Shown: positions 8,745-18,400 of the stretch, in pieces | How positions within the stretch are numbered: the stretch's first letter is position 1 | How the letters are laid out: each line of letters begins with the position of its first letter | Origin: Bacteroidales bacterium | Lineage (GTDB): Bacteria; Bacteroidota; Bacteroidia; Bacteroidales; VadinHA17 | NCBI GenBank assembly: GCA_049294075.1 | Contig: JBAQCK010000039.1 | Location: 3,409-67,408, forward strand | Direction: 5' to 3' | DNA: 64,000 bases | Program-made: the position numbers and the translations under genes | The notes under the pieces: generated by a model | What the model saw: only the letters and a program-made list of their open reading frames with translations | Databases searched by the model: none | Told to the model about the DNA's origin: nothing

Positions 8745-11485
8745 TCAGTCAGGCAAACAGAAGACCTTTCACATGCCGGGGAACATTGCTCTGGCTTCTG
8801 GTCCTGTTTGCACTTGCTGAAATCCCTGCAGCTTCGCAGAAACTGAAAGGCAAAATCCTCAACCAGTCAGGTCAGCCTGTGGGATATGCAACGGTGTATA
8901 TCGATGCAATAAAGCTTGGGACCACCTCGAACGCCAGGGGCGATTATGAGCTCCGTCTTCCGCCGGGTAACTACATGGTTCTCTTTCAAAGCCTGGGTTA
9001 CGAACCAGTTATTGAAAGCATCAGCATCGGTGAGAATGATGTTGAAAAAAACGCAGTCCTGCCGGAACAGATCTACGAAATTCAGGAGGTAAGGATCTCT
9101 CCCTCCGGCGAAGACCCCGCCCTGTCAATAATGAGAAAGGTAATCGGACTGGCTCCATATTACCTCAATTACATTGATCATTACAAAGCCGAAGTCTATA
9201 TAAAGGGCAACCTGTATATACAGAAGATCCCGAAACTCATTCAGAAATCGATGAGAATGCGAAGAGCCGGCGAAAGCAGCTATGTCTCGGCAGGAGGTAA
9301 ACCTACCGAAGATGAAGATATCCTGAAGGAGGGCGACTCGTTCTTCCTTGAGTCCTACAATGAAATCGAATTCACCGCTCCCGACAAGTATGTCCAGAGA
9401 GTCATTTCCCTGAACAGCACCTTCCCCGAGCAGGGAAACGGGATTTCACCAATGGAATATATCCAGGCCAGCTTTTATCAGCCCGTGATTGCAGAGCTGG
9501 CTATATCGCCCCTTTCTCCCCAGGCTTTCTCATACTACAAATTCAGGTATGTCGGCACTACATTCCAGGGAAACAATACAATAAACAAGATTGAGGTGAT
9601 ACCAAGACAGAAAAGCCAGCAATTGTTTTCGGGAACAATCTTTATAATCGAGGACCTTTGGTGCCTTCACAGTGTAGACCTTACAAATGAGAACATTGCA
9701 GGAAAAATAAGAGTGAGGGAGCTTTACATTCCGGTAAAGGAAGATGTCTGGATGCCTGTCAGCCATCAGTTCGACATCGATCTTCAGATAATCGGAATCA
9801 GGGCAGATGTCGGTTATACCAGCTCTGTCAAATACATCGATGTGCTACCCAATGAAAAACTTCAGAAGCCCGGCGACCTTGCCACTGGTTTCGCCGGAAG
9901 ATATCAACCCGATTCCGTAATCACGAAGTCAGGGAGTGAGATAAACCGGATACTCCGGAAAGAGGAACTTACAAACCGGGATATGGTGAAACTGGGCAGG
10001 CTGCTCGATAAGGAATCAAAAAAAACCAGGCCCGACAGTGTGGTGAAAAACCTTGAGATCAATGACAACACAACCCATATCATAGAACCCGATGCAGCAA
10101 AGAAGGACAGCGCTTACTGGGCTGACATAAGGCCGATTCCTCTTTCGGAGATCGAGCTTAAAAGCGTCAGGAAGAGCGACAGCATAAAAACGGCCGCGTC
10201 AGGCATCCGGAAAACAGTAACCGATACATCTACATACCAGGGAAATCAAAAAAGACCATCCGGCTTCAGGACTGTCGTCAACAGAGTCATGTCAGGGCAC
10301 ACATGGTCGGATACCTCCGGGCTAAGATTCACCCACGGAGGTTTGATGAATCTGAAAAGCCTGAGTTTTAATACGGTGGATGGCTTTATCTACGGGCTTG
10401 ACTTCAGGATAAATAAACAGCTGAAACATTCACGGAGCATATCGGTGTATCCCGACTTCCGCTGGGCATTCAGCAGGGAGAAGCTCATGTGGGGAGTTAA
10501 TGCCAACTATTCAATTCAGGGAATGAACCCTTCACAGTTCTACCTCAGGACGGGCAGTTCGAGCAACGATATGGCAAGGGGCGGAGGAATAAATCCGCTT
10601 ATAAATTCCATCACATCACTTCTGATGGAAAAGAACTATATGAAGCTCTATGACAGCAGATACCTTACCATGGGGTATGAAACGGAGATCATCAACGGAC
10701 TGAAGCTGAACTTCGAAGGAGGATATGAAGAAAGAAGGATACTTGACAACACCACTTCATTCTCAGTTTTCGACACAAAAAGAGAGTACAGCCCGAACCT
10801 GCCGGAAAACGAATATCTCAACCCTGAAAATGGAATCGGCAGCTATCTGTCGGATCAGAAGCATTTTGAATTTGTAACAAATGTTACATTTACACCGTAT
10901 CAGAAATACAGGGTTTACAAGGGAAATAAGTCGCCCCAGGGATCCGACTGGCCGACCTTCATGTTCACGTGGAAGCACGGAGCAAACCTTGCCGCACCAT
11001 ATTCAGGCAAGTACAGTCATTTCGACATGTTCCGCTTCGAAGTGTCGCAGCAGCGCGAGACAGGGCCTTTCAGCGAGTTCAGATGGAGGATAAGGACAGG
11101 AGGTGTGGCCGATAACAGGAATCTGCCCTGGTTCGATTTCTTCCACTTCAATTCCCAGCCGGTAAGGGTGCTGATCAATAATTATGACGATGCCTTCATG
11201 CTTCCGGCGTACTATTCCCTCAGCACACCGGAGTTTTTTGGTGAGGCGCATGTAAGGTACACAACTCCCTACCTGCTGCTGAAGCTGCTGCCGGGGCTGA
11301 GTAAAACGCTGATGCGGGAGAACCTGATACTCTCCTACCTGGGAACAAAGAACCGCGGTCACTATACTGAAACAGGCTACAGCCTCAGTGAAATATTTTT
11401 TCTAGGGGAGGTCGGCGTCTTTGCCGGGTTCGAAAACCTGAAATACAATAACTTCGGGGTAAAATTCACCCTGAGGATCGACTAA
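8741..11485 (+). CDS. CarboxypepD_reg-like domain / DUF5686-type large beta-rich (probable outer-membrane) protein
   Basis: Signal peptide, then 'GKILNQSGQPVGYATVYI...GDYELRLPPGNYMVLFQSLGYEP'. ATGA overlap with rsmI. Confidence 0.7.
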   Translation: MISQANRRPFTCRGTLLWLLVLFALAEIPAASQKLKGKILNQSGQPVGYATVYIDAIKLGTTSNARGDYELRLPPGNYMVLFQSLGYEPVIESISIGENDVEKNAVLPEQIYEIQEVRISPSGEDPALSIMRKVIGLAPYYLNYIDHYKAEVYIKGNLYIQKIPKLIQKSMRMRRAGESSYVSAGGKPTEDEDILKEGDSFFLESYNEIEFTAPDKYVQRVISLNSTFPEQGNGISPMEYIQASFYQPVIAELAISPLSPQAFSYYKFRYVGTTFQGNNTINKIEVIPRQKSQQLFSGTIFIIEDLWCLHSVDLTNENIAGKIRVRELYIPVKEDVWMPVSHQFDIDLQIIGIRADVGYTSSVKYIDVLPNEKLQKPGDLATGFAGRYQPDSVITKSGSEINRILRKEELTNRDMVKLGRLLDKESKKTRPDSVVKNLEINDNTTHIIEPDAAKKDSAYWADIRPIPLSEIELKSVRKSDSIKTAASGIRKTVTDTSTYQGNQKRPSGFRTVVNRVMSGHTWSDTSGLRFTHGGLMNLKSLSFNTVDGFIYGLDFRINKQLKHSRSISVYPDFRWAFSREKLMWGVNANYSIQGMNPSQFYLRTGSSSNDMARGGGINPLINSITSLLMEKNYMKLYDSRYLTMGYETEIINGLKLNFEGGYEERRILDNTTSFSVFDTKREYSPNLPENEYLNPENGIGSYLSDQKHFEFVTNVTFTPYQKYRVYKGNKSPQGSDWPTFMFTWKHGANLAAPYSGKYSHFDMFRFEVSQQRETGPFSEFRWRIRTGGVADNRNLPWFDFFHFNSQPVRVLINNYDDAFMLPAYYSLSTPEFFGEAHVRYTTPYLLLKLLPGLSKTLMRENLILSYLGTKNRGHYTETGYSLSEIFFLGEVGVFAGFENLKYNNFGVKFTLRID

Positions 11486-13005
11486 GCAAAAGGCGGCTCG
11501 TTAAGCAGGTCCGATTCCTGATCGAACTTTTCCCCCAGATGCCTCATCTTGTCCTGGTTCATCTTCGAGCCCAGGGTTATGCTTGACGATCCTTCACCCA
11601 TGTCCGGATTCGCGTCAATATCGAAATCATCAATATCGACGAACTGGGCTTTTTCTTCACGGAACCTGAGTCTCACGTCGTCGACAGGACCGTTACGGTT
11701 CTTGGCCAGGATGATCTCGGCAATACCCTTTGTAGAGCTTCCGTCCTCGAAAGTAGGGATCCCGAATTTATCCTGCCTGTGAATGAACACCACCATGTCG
11801 GCATCCTGCTCGATGGCGCCCGATTCCCTCAGGTCTGAAAGAAGAGGGCGTTTGGTTCCTCCCCGCATTTCCACCGACCTGTTAAGCTGGGAAAGGGCAA
11901 GAATGGGCACATTGAGTTCCTTCGCGATACTCTTCAGCGATCGTGAAATATTACTAACCTCCTGTTCGCGGCTCCCGGCATTCTCGGGACCCGACATCAG
12001 CTGAAGATAGTCGACAATAACCAGATCGAGTTTCCGCTGAGCCATCAGACGCCTGCATTTTGCCCTGAGCTCAAACACCGAGATGGCAGGTGTGTCGTCG
12101 ATGAAAATAGGCGCCTGCACAAGTTTCTTTATCCTGGTGTCGAGCTGTTTCCATTCCTCCTCGGTAAGACGGCCGTTCTTGATTTTTTCGCCGGGGATAT
12201 CGGTCTCGGCAATTATAAGCCTGTTGACCAGCTGGATGGACGACATCTCGCAGGAGAATATGGCGACTTTCTTTCCATGATCGATTGACATGTTACGGGC
12301 CATCGACAGTGCAAGGGCGGTTTTTCCCATCGAAGGACGGGCAGCAATGATAACAAGCTCCGATTTCTGCCATCCCGAGGTAAGCCTGTCGAGTTTGGTG
12401 AAACCCGATGGAATTCCCACCAGAGCATCCTCCCTTTTACCGGCTTCCTCTATCTCCCGGATCGCTTCCTTAATAACCATGTTGATCGGCGACACCTCCC
12501 GCTTGATGTTCCCCTCTGCAATCTGAAACAGCTCATTCTCCGAAAAGTCGAGAAGTTCAGTGACATCAACTGAATCATCGAACGACCTGTTAAGTATCTC
12601 GGTTGAGGCCCTGATTAGCTCGCGCTGTATATATTTCTGTGCAACAATCCTTGCATGGTAATCGACGTTGGCTGCCGAAACCACCTTCGAAGTGAGCTGC
12701 GTCAGATAAACCGGACCGCCAACGCTGTCGAGCTCATTGTGTATCCTGAGCTCCTCAGTGACGGTGTACAGGTCAACCGGATACTCTCTCATCGAGAGAT
12801 CGGTAATTGCCTTGAAAATCTTCTGGTGGGCCTCCTTGTAGAAACTGGCCGGTTTCAGGATGTCGAGGATAGCTATCACCGCTTCCTTCTCGAGCATTAT
12901 TGCCCCGAGAACGGCCTCCTCCATATCGAGTGCCTGGGGTGGTACTTTCCCGAAATCAGGCAGTTGTGTTATAACAGGCCGTGGTGCCGGTTTTTGTCGT
13001 GCCAT
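11482..13005 (-). CDS. dnaB: Replicative DNA helicase
   Basis: 'PPQALDMEEAVLGAIM', Walker A 'ARPSMGKTALAL', 'VIVDYLQLM'. Confidence 0.95.
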   Translation of the reverse strand: MARQKPAPRPVITQLPDFGKVPPQALDMEEAVLGAIMLEKEAVIAILDILKPASFYKEAHQKIFKAITDLSMREYPVDLYTVTEELRIHNELDSVGGPVYLTQLTSKVVSAANVDYHARIVAQKYIQRELIRASTEILNRSFDDSVDVTELLDFSENELFQIAEGNIKREVSPINMVIKEAIREIEEAGKREDALVGIPSGFTKLDRLTSGWQKSELVIIAARPSMGKTALALSMARNMSIDHGKKVAIFSCEMSSIQLVNRLIIAETDIPGEKIKNGRLTEEEWKQLDTRIKKLVQAPIFIDDTPAISVFELRAKCRRLMAQRKLDLVIVDYLQLMSGPENAGSREQEVSNISRSLKSIAKELNVPILALSQLNRSVEMRGGTKRPLLSDLRESGAIEQDADMVVFIHRQDKFGIPTFEDGSSTKGIAEIILAKNRNGPVDDVRLRFREEKAQFVDIDDFDIDANPDMGEGSSSITLGSKMNQDKMRHLGEKFDQESDLLNEPPFA

Positions 13006-13067
13006 CTATTTTATTACGCTGATTTAATGATCCTTATAAGAATTATCCTATTCTTTTCAGGGCTGAC

Positions 13068-13075
13068 CAAAGGTA
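13068..13075 (-). promoter_or_regulatory. Candidate -7 box (TACCTTTG on minus strand) for dnaB
   Basis: + strand CAAAGGTA is the reverse complement of TAnnTTTG, 63 nt upstream of the dnaB ATG. Confidence 0.4.
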
Positions 13076-13192
13076 AAAAATAACCCACTTAATAATCCGG
13101 AATGCATTTTTATCTTACAAACATTTTTCTGTTTAAAACTTGTTGAAAAAGCAAATAGGCAGGGTTAAGCGTAAAAAATCCATTCGTTATGG

Positions 13193-13200
13193 TAATTTTG
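13193..13200 (+). promoter_or_regulatory. Candidate -7 box TAATTTTG for ispE
   Basis: Matches TAnnTTTG, 17 nt before ATG 13217 (short leader). Confidence 0.4.
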
Positions 13201-13216
13201 TAACAAACACACCCCG

Positions 13217-14035
13217 ATGCTGGTTTTTCCGAAAGCTAAGATCAACCTGGGTCTGAGGATCACAGGGAAGCGTCCTGACGGCTATCATGACATAGAGACG
13301 CTTTTCTACCCGGTTGGCCTCTGCGACGCCCTCGAGATAGTCAGGGGGTCTGAAGGATCGGAGAAAGACCTTCTTACAATAACCGGAAACAGTATACCGG
13401 GCACTCCCGATGACAATATAGTACTGAAAAGTGTCAGAAAGCTCAGGGAGACATTCCCGGTGCCGTGGCTCACTATCCACCTTCACAAAAAGATACCAGC
13501 CGGGGCCGGTCTTGGAGGAGGCTCTTCCGACGCTGCATCGACGCTCCGGACGATCAACAGGATTTTCGGCCTGTCGATTGACACCCGGAAACTGATAGAT
13601 ATTGCGGCAACCCTGGGAAGCGACTGTCCCTTCTTCATCGAAACGGTACCCGCATTTGCCTCGGGGAGGGGAGAGATTCTGACTCCTGCCCCCTTCATAC
13701 TGAATGGTTATTATATTGTTCTGGCAAATTCCGGAATTCAGGCCGGCACCAGGGAAGCCTATGCCGAATGCAAGCCTGCCTTGCCGGAAACCTCCCTTAA
13801 GGAACTTATAAGTAAACCTGTGAAGGAATGGAAAGATTCTTTAATCAATGATTTTGAAGAGATCCTGTTCCCGAAGTACCCTCTGATAAAGGAATTAAAA
13901 TCGGCTTTTTATACTTCGGGCGCTGTCTTCAGCTCAATGTCGGGAAGCGGATCGACTGTATTCGGCATATACAGCAAAAAACATGTAATCCCTGAGTTCC
14001 TGGCGAAATATGTGATCTTTGAAGCCCCTTTATAG
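13217..14035 (+). CDS. ispE: 4-(cytidine 5'-diphospho)-2-C-methyl-D-erythritol kinase
   Basis: 'AKINLGLRITGKRPDGYH', GHMP motif 'IPAGAGLGGGSSDAAS'. Confidence 0.9.
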   Translation: MLVFPKAKINLGLRITGKRPDGYHDIETLFYPVGLCDALEIVRGSEGSEKDLLTITGNSIPGTPDDNIVLKSVRKLRETFPVPWLTIHLHKKIPAGAGLGGGSSDAASTLRTINRIFGLSIDTRKLIDIAATLGSDCPFFIETVPAFASGRGEILTPAPFILNGYYIVLANSGIQAGTREAYAECKPALPETSLKELISKPVKEWKDSLINDFEEILFPKYPLIKELKSAFYTSGAVFSSMSGSGSTVFGIYSKKHVIPEFLAKYVIFEAPL

Positions 14036-14356
14036 TCAGTCTGGTTCTATTTCCAGCAGTACGGTCCCCTTCCCTACCCTGTCGCCCTTTTTAACGCGGA
14101 TGCTTTTTATGGTGCCTCCCAGAGATGATTTCATAAAGTTCTGCATCTTCATCGCCTCGAGGATAATCAGATCTTCTCCCTTTCCAACTACCTGACCTTC
14201 ACTTACAAGGATATCAAGGATCGTCCCGGGGATGTAGCTTATTATCCTCCCCGGATCAGCCGGGCTCCAGGGCTTCCTGTTGATGAATTTATTGCTCAGC
14301 CTGGTAGTGTACAGGGTCGAATTGATGTTCAGTTTGCCGGTATCTTTGCCTTTCAT
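14036..14356 (-). CDS. Biotin/lipoyl-attachment (biotin carboxyl carrier) protein
   Basis: Biotinyl-lysine motif 'LEAMKMQN' in a C-terminal hybrid-barrel-like segment. 32 nt downstream of the carboxyltransferase gene. Confidence 0.8.
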   Translation of the reverse strand: MKGKDTGKLNINSTLYTTRLSNKFINRKPWSPADPGRIISYIPGTILDILVSEGQVVGKGEDLIILEAMKMQNFMKSSLGGTIKSIRVKKGDRVGKGTVLLEIEPD

Positions 14357-14388
14357 TCTGTTTCCTCCTCAGATATTTGAAATGATTA

Positions 14389-15933
14389 TCAGAACGGGGG
14401 ATTACCATGCTTCTTGCTAATCATTTTGACAGACTTGTTAGCTGTTGACTTGATAGCGTGAAGCAGGAACCTGCGTGTTTCCCCGGGTTCAATCACTGCA
14501 TCAACATATCCGCGCGAGGCCGCAACATATGGATTGGCGAATTTAGTTTTATATTCAGCGACTTTCTGTTTCCTCATCTCTTCGGGGTCGTCCGACGACA
14601 TGATCTCTTTCCTGAAAATAATGTTTGCAGCGCCCTCGGGACCCATTACCGCTATTTCCGCTGCCGGCCATGCAAACACGAAATCGGCTCTCAGATGCCG
14701 TGAACCCATGGCGATATAACCTCCTCCGTATGCCTTACGCAGGATAACCGTGATCTTGGGCACAGTGGCTTCGCAGTAAGAATAGAGGATCTTGGCTCCA
14801 TGCCTGATTACCCCCGCGTGTTCCTGGTCAACACCGGGAAGATATCCCGGAAGGTCCATGAAGGTGATAATGGGAATGTTGAATGCATCACAGAACCTTA
14901 TAAACCGGGCTGCCTTATCGCTCGAGTCAACGTCGAGCACACCTGCCATTTCCATTGGCTGGTTGGCAACAAATCCTGCCGTCACTCCTCCGATCCTGGC
15001 AAAACCGATAACCATGTTACGGGCGTACATCTCCATAATCTCGAAGAAATCGGACTTATCAACCACTGACCTTATCACATCTCTTACATCATAGGGTAGG
15101 GTTGGGTCATCGGGGACTATCTTTTCGGGATCATATAAGGCGTCGGGTTCGACTGGTTCCACAACCTTTGCACCCGTACTGTTATTCCATGGAAGAAATG
15201 TCAGCAGCCTCTTGATCTGATCAAAGCATTCCTCCTCGCTCATAGCGAAGAAATGAGCGTTACCGGTTACTTCACTATGAACCCTTGCACCACCGAGATC
15301 TTCCATCGATATCTCCTCTCCAAGCACGGTTTTTATCACTTCGGGCCCTGTAATGAACATCTTCGAAATATTTTCGACTACAAAAACAAAGTCGGTCAGA
15401 GCAGGCGAATAGACAGCTCCTCCGGCGCATGGCCCAAGGATGACCGAGATCTGAGGGATGACACCGCTCGATATGGTGTTGCGGAAGAATATCTCGCCAT
15501 AGCCGGCCAGCGAGTTTACACCCTCCTGAATCCTTGCTCCTCCCGAATCGTTGATGCCTATCAGAGGCATCCTCATCTTGAGCGCGTAATCCATGATCTT
15601 TGTGATCTTTCTTGAATGCATCATTCCAAGCGAACCGCCTGCAACCGTGAAATCCTGGGCATACACCGCAACCGGATCACCGTGGATGGTTCCGGAACCG
15701 ATTATCACTCCGTCGCTCGGAAGGGATTTCTTGTCCATGTCAAAATCGCGGGCATCATGTTCCACGAAGAGATCATATTCCATGAAAGAATCCTTGTCGA
15801 GAAGACCTAAAATCCTCTCGCGGGCTGTCCGCTTGCCCATCGCCTTTTGTTTCTCTATTGCCTGCTGGCCTCCGCCGAGAAGAATCTGTTTTCTCTTTTC
15901 CTGGAGTTCCTTTATTTTCTTGCTTACCGCCAT
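14389..15933 (-). CDS. Acyl-CoA carboxylase beta subunit / methylmalonyl-CoA carboxyltransferase
   Basis: Carboxyl-transferase domain motifs 'PLIGINDSGGARIQEG', 'FTVAGGSLG'. 514 aa. Confidence 0.9.
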   Translation of the reverse strand: MAVSKKIKELQEKRKQILLGGGQQAIEKQKAMGKRTARERILGLLDKDSFMEYDLFVEHDARDFDMDKKSLPSDGVIIGSGTIHGDPVAVYAQDFTVAGGSLGMMHSRKITKIMDYALKMRMPLIGINDSGGARIQEGVNSLAGYGEIFFRNTISSGVIPQISVILGPCAGGAVYSPALTDFVFVVENISKMFITGPEVIKTVLGEEISMEDLGGARVHSEVTGNAHFFAMSEEECFDQIKRLLTFLPWNNSTGAKVVEPVEPDALYDPEKIVPDDPTLPYDVRDVIRSVVDKSDFFEIMEMYARNMVIGFARIGGVTAGFVANQPMEMAGVLDVDSSDKAARFIRFCDAFNIPIITFMDLPGYLPGVDQEHAGVIRHGAKILYSYCEATVPKITVILRKAYGGGYIAMGSRHLRADFVFAWPAAEIAVMGPEGAANIIFRKEIMSSDDPEEMRKQKVAEYKTKFANPYVAASRGYVDAVIEPGETRRFLLHAIKSTANKSVKMISKKHGNPPF

Positions 15934-16009
15934 TATTTACAATGTTTCCTGAATTTATTTATAGAATGAAAAAGTGACACAATATAAGATTTTTCAACAG
16001 ATGCTTCAC

Positions 16010-17110
16010 TTACTTGGGCGCAAGTTTGTAAAGCGCCAGCGCTATAAAGGCATAAATGATGTTGGGAATCCACATAGCCAGCATAGGGGCAAGGTTACCC
16101 TTGAGAGAGAACTGGGAAGCAAACTGCATGAACAATATATATGAGAAACTGAGCCCAAGACCTATCCCTATGTTCATGCCAATGCCCCCCCTCACCTTTC
16201 GTGACGACAGTGAGACGCCTATCAGCGTAAGAATGAAGACCGAGAAGGGATTCGCAATACGCCTGTGTTTTTCTATAAGGAACAATTTAAGCTCGTCAGA
16301 TCCCTGCAGCCTGAGCTTCTCGATATACTCATTAAGACTCTCATACGACATGGTACCGACAAATGCGGGACCCATTGAGAGATCCTCAGGACTGAACCAG
16401 GCCAGCGTGGTGTCGATACGTTCTCCCTCGGTGATGCGATCCTCTCCTGCCGTGATATCCCTGACACGGTAATTGACTACCACCCACCTGGTTGTTGCAG
16501 TATCATATCTTACCATATCGCCCGACAGCTTCGATTCAAGCTTTCCATCCTCACTGAACCGCTCGATCGTGAAATTCCTGCCGGCCTGGCTGATGGGATT
16601 GAACGACTCCATGTAGACCAGAACATTTTTGTAGACCTGCCTGTGTATGTTCATCACCGGGACCCTCCTGGTCCGCGACCGGTAATACTTGTCCTCAAAA
16701 TCGATCCGCTTCAGGTTTGATGTTGGAATTACAAAATTCGTCAGAAACATAATAAAGGCAGCAATCAGAAAGGCAGAAATAAAATATGGAATCATCATCC
16801 TCCTGAAGCTCATTCCGCTGTTAAGAATGGCAATGATCTCGGTGTTTGCAGCCATTTTTGAGGTGAAGAAGATCACCGATATGAAAACGAACAGCGGAGA
16901 GAAGAGGGTGGCAAAGTAGGGTATGAAATTGAAATAATAGTCGAATATTATGGCCTTGACCGGGGCTTCCCGTTCCATAAAATCATCTATTTTCTCAGCA
17001 AAATCAAAGACAACCGCAATCGAAACGATCATCACGAGGGCAAAAAAGAAGGTCCCCAGGAACTTCCTGATTATATACCGGTCGATAATTTTCAGTTTGA
17101 GAAGATTCAT
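16010..17110 (-). CDS. LptF/LptG (YjgP/YjgQ) family LPS export permease
   Basis: N-terminal 'IIDRYIIRKFLGTFFFAL', 3+3 TM segments around a periplasmic beta-rich insert. Confidence 0.85.
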   Translation of the reverse strand: MNLLKLKIIDRYIIRKFLGTFFFALVMIVSIAVVFDFAEKIDDFMEREAPVKAIIFDYYFNFIPYFATLFSPLFVFISVIFFTSKMAANTEIIAILNSGMSFRRMMIPYFISAFLIAAFIMFLTNFVIPTSNLKRIDFEDKYYRSRTRRVPVMNIHRQVYKNVLVYMESFNPISQAGRNFTIERFSEDGKLESKLSGDMVRYDTATTRWVVVNYRVRDITAGEDRITEGERIDTTLAWFSPEDLSMGPAFVGTMSYESLNEYIEKLRLQGSDELKLFLIEKHRRIANPFSVFILTLIGVSLSSRKVRGGIGMNIGIGLGLSFSYILFMQFASQFSLKGNLAPMLAMWIPNIIYAFIALALYKLAPK

Positions 17111-18234
17111 GCCCTGGCTGAAAGTTTATTTACCATCTGGTCTTTCCATTTCCTGAAAGCGCCTTTTTCAATTTTCTCCCTTGCATCCGAAACAAGTTTC
17201 ATATAAAATGAGAGGTTATGAATACTGGCAATCTGCGATCCAAGTATCTCTCCCGAAATGATCAGATGTCTGAGGTAAGCTTTTGAGTAATTCAGGCTCA
17301 CCGGTGAGGGACCCGAGGGATCTATGGGGCTGAAATCATTTGCCCATTTCTGGTTCCTGATATTAATTATACCTTCACTTGTGAACAGCATACCGTTCCT
17401 ACCGTTCCTTGTCGGCATCACGCAGTCGAACATGTCAATGCCTCTTTCAATTGCCTCAAGGATGTTTGCCGGAGTTCCGACACCCATAAGATAACGTGGT
17501 TTGTCCTCAGGAAGTATCTCATTTACAACCTCAATGGTCCGGTACATCTCCTCGACCGGCTCTCCCACCGAAAGCCCTCCTATGGCATTTCCCTCCATGC
17601 CTGAGGCAGCGGCCTTTTCGGCCGATATCTTTCTGAGGTCGTCAAAAGCGCTACCCTGGACAATAGGAAAAAGATATTGCTGATATCCCCAAAGGGGTTC
17701 GGTTGACCTGAATTTTGCCACAGCCCTGTCGAGCCACCTGTGTGTAAGAGCAACCGATTTCTCCGCGTAACGGCGATCGCAGGGGAAGGGTGCGCACTCA
17801 TCGAACGCCATCATAATATCGGCTCCGATGATACGCTGAATCTCAACTGTGTTCTCGGGTGTGAAAACGTGCCTGGAGCCGTCAATATGTGACTTAAAGA
17901 CAGCCCCTTCTTCGGTCAGTTTCCTGTTGGGCGCCAGGGAAAAGACCTGATATCCCCCACTGTCGGTTAGCACAGGCCTGCTCCAGCTCATAAACATGTG
18001 AAGTCCTCCGGCCTTCCGGATGATTTCAGTTCCGGGCCTCAGATACAGGTGATAGGTATTCCCAAGGATAATCTTTGCATCAATGTCACCGGCAAGATCC
18101 CTCTGAAGTATCCCCTTAACAGTCCCTGCAGTTCCCACCGGCATGAAGATGGGAGTCGGAATATCTCCATGGTCAGTAGTGAGTACTCCCGTCCTCGCCT
18201 TTGTATCCCTGTCCCTGTGCCGTATTGTGAACAT
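17107..18234 (-). CDS. tgt: tRNA-guanine transglycosylase (queuine tRNA-ribosyltransferase)
   Basis: 'ARTGVLTTDHGDIPTPIFMPVGT', 'LGNTYHL', 'TDSGGYQVFSL'. Start taken at ATG 18234 (MFTIRH...). ATGA overlap with the lptF/G-like gene. Confidence 0.93.
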   Translation of the reverse strand: MFTIRHRDRDTKARTGVLTTDHGDIPTPIFMPVGTAGTVKGILQRDLAGDIDAKIILGNTYHLYLRPGTEIIRKAGGLHMFMSWSRPVLTDSGGYQVFSLAPNRKLTEEGAVFKSHIDGSRHVFTPENTVEIQRIIGADIMMAFDECAPFPCDRRYAEKSVALTHRWLDRAVAKFRSTEPLWGYQQYLFPIVQGSAFDDLRKISAEKAAASGMEGNAIGGLSVGEPVEEMYRTIEVVNEILPEDKPRYLMGVGTPANILEAIERGIDMFDCVMPTRNGRNGMLFTSEGIINIRNQKWANDFSPIDPSGPSPVSLNYSKAYLRHLIISGEILGSQIASIHNLSFYMKLVSDAREKIEKGAFRKWKDQMVNKLSARA

Positions 18235-18364
18235 CTGATAGCCTTTTCCCGGATGCCAAAGGTAATTCATTCATCCGCCTGTTGAAAATTATGTCGATAA
18301 TTTTTAAGCCTGCTGATACGTTTTCAGAGAAATGCAAACCATTGTTGCTTTCCTCTGTTCGGAA

Positions 18365-18372
18365 TATCTTTG
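18365..18372 (+). promoter_or_regulatory. Candidate -7 box TATCTTTG
   Basis: Matches TAnnTTTG and lies inside the listed N-terminal extension (18332...). This supports ATG 18401. Confidence 0.45.
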
Positions 18373-18400
18373 TAATATTGCAGCCTTATCTGAAAATCAA

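Noticed and set aside
12655-13083. 142-aa + strand ORF crossing the dnaB start
   Set aside because: It is antisense to dnaB for most of its length and has no motifs. The spacer part contains the dnaB promoter box.
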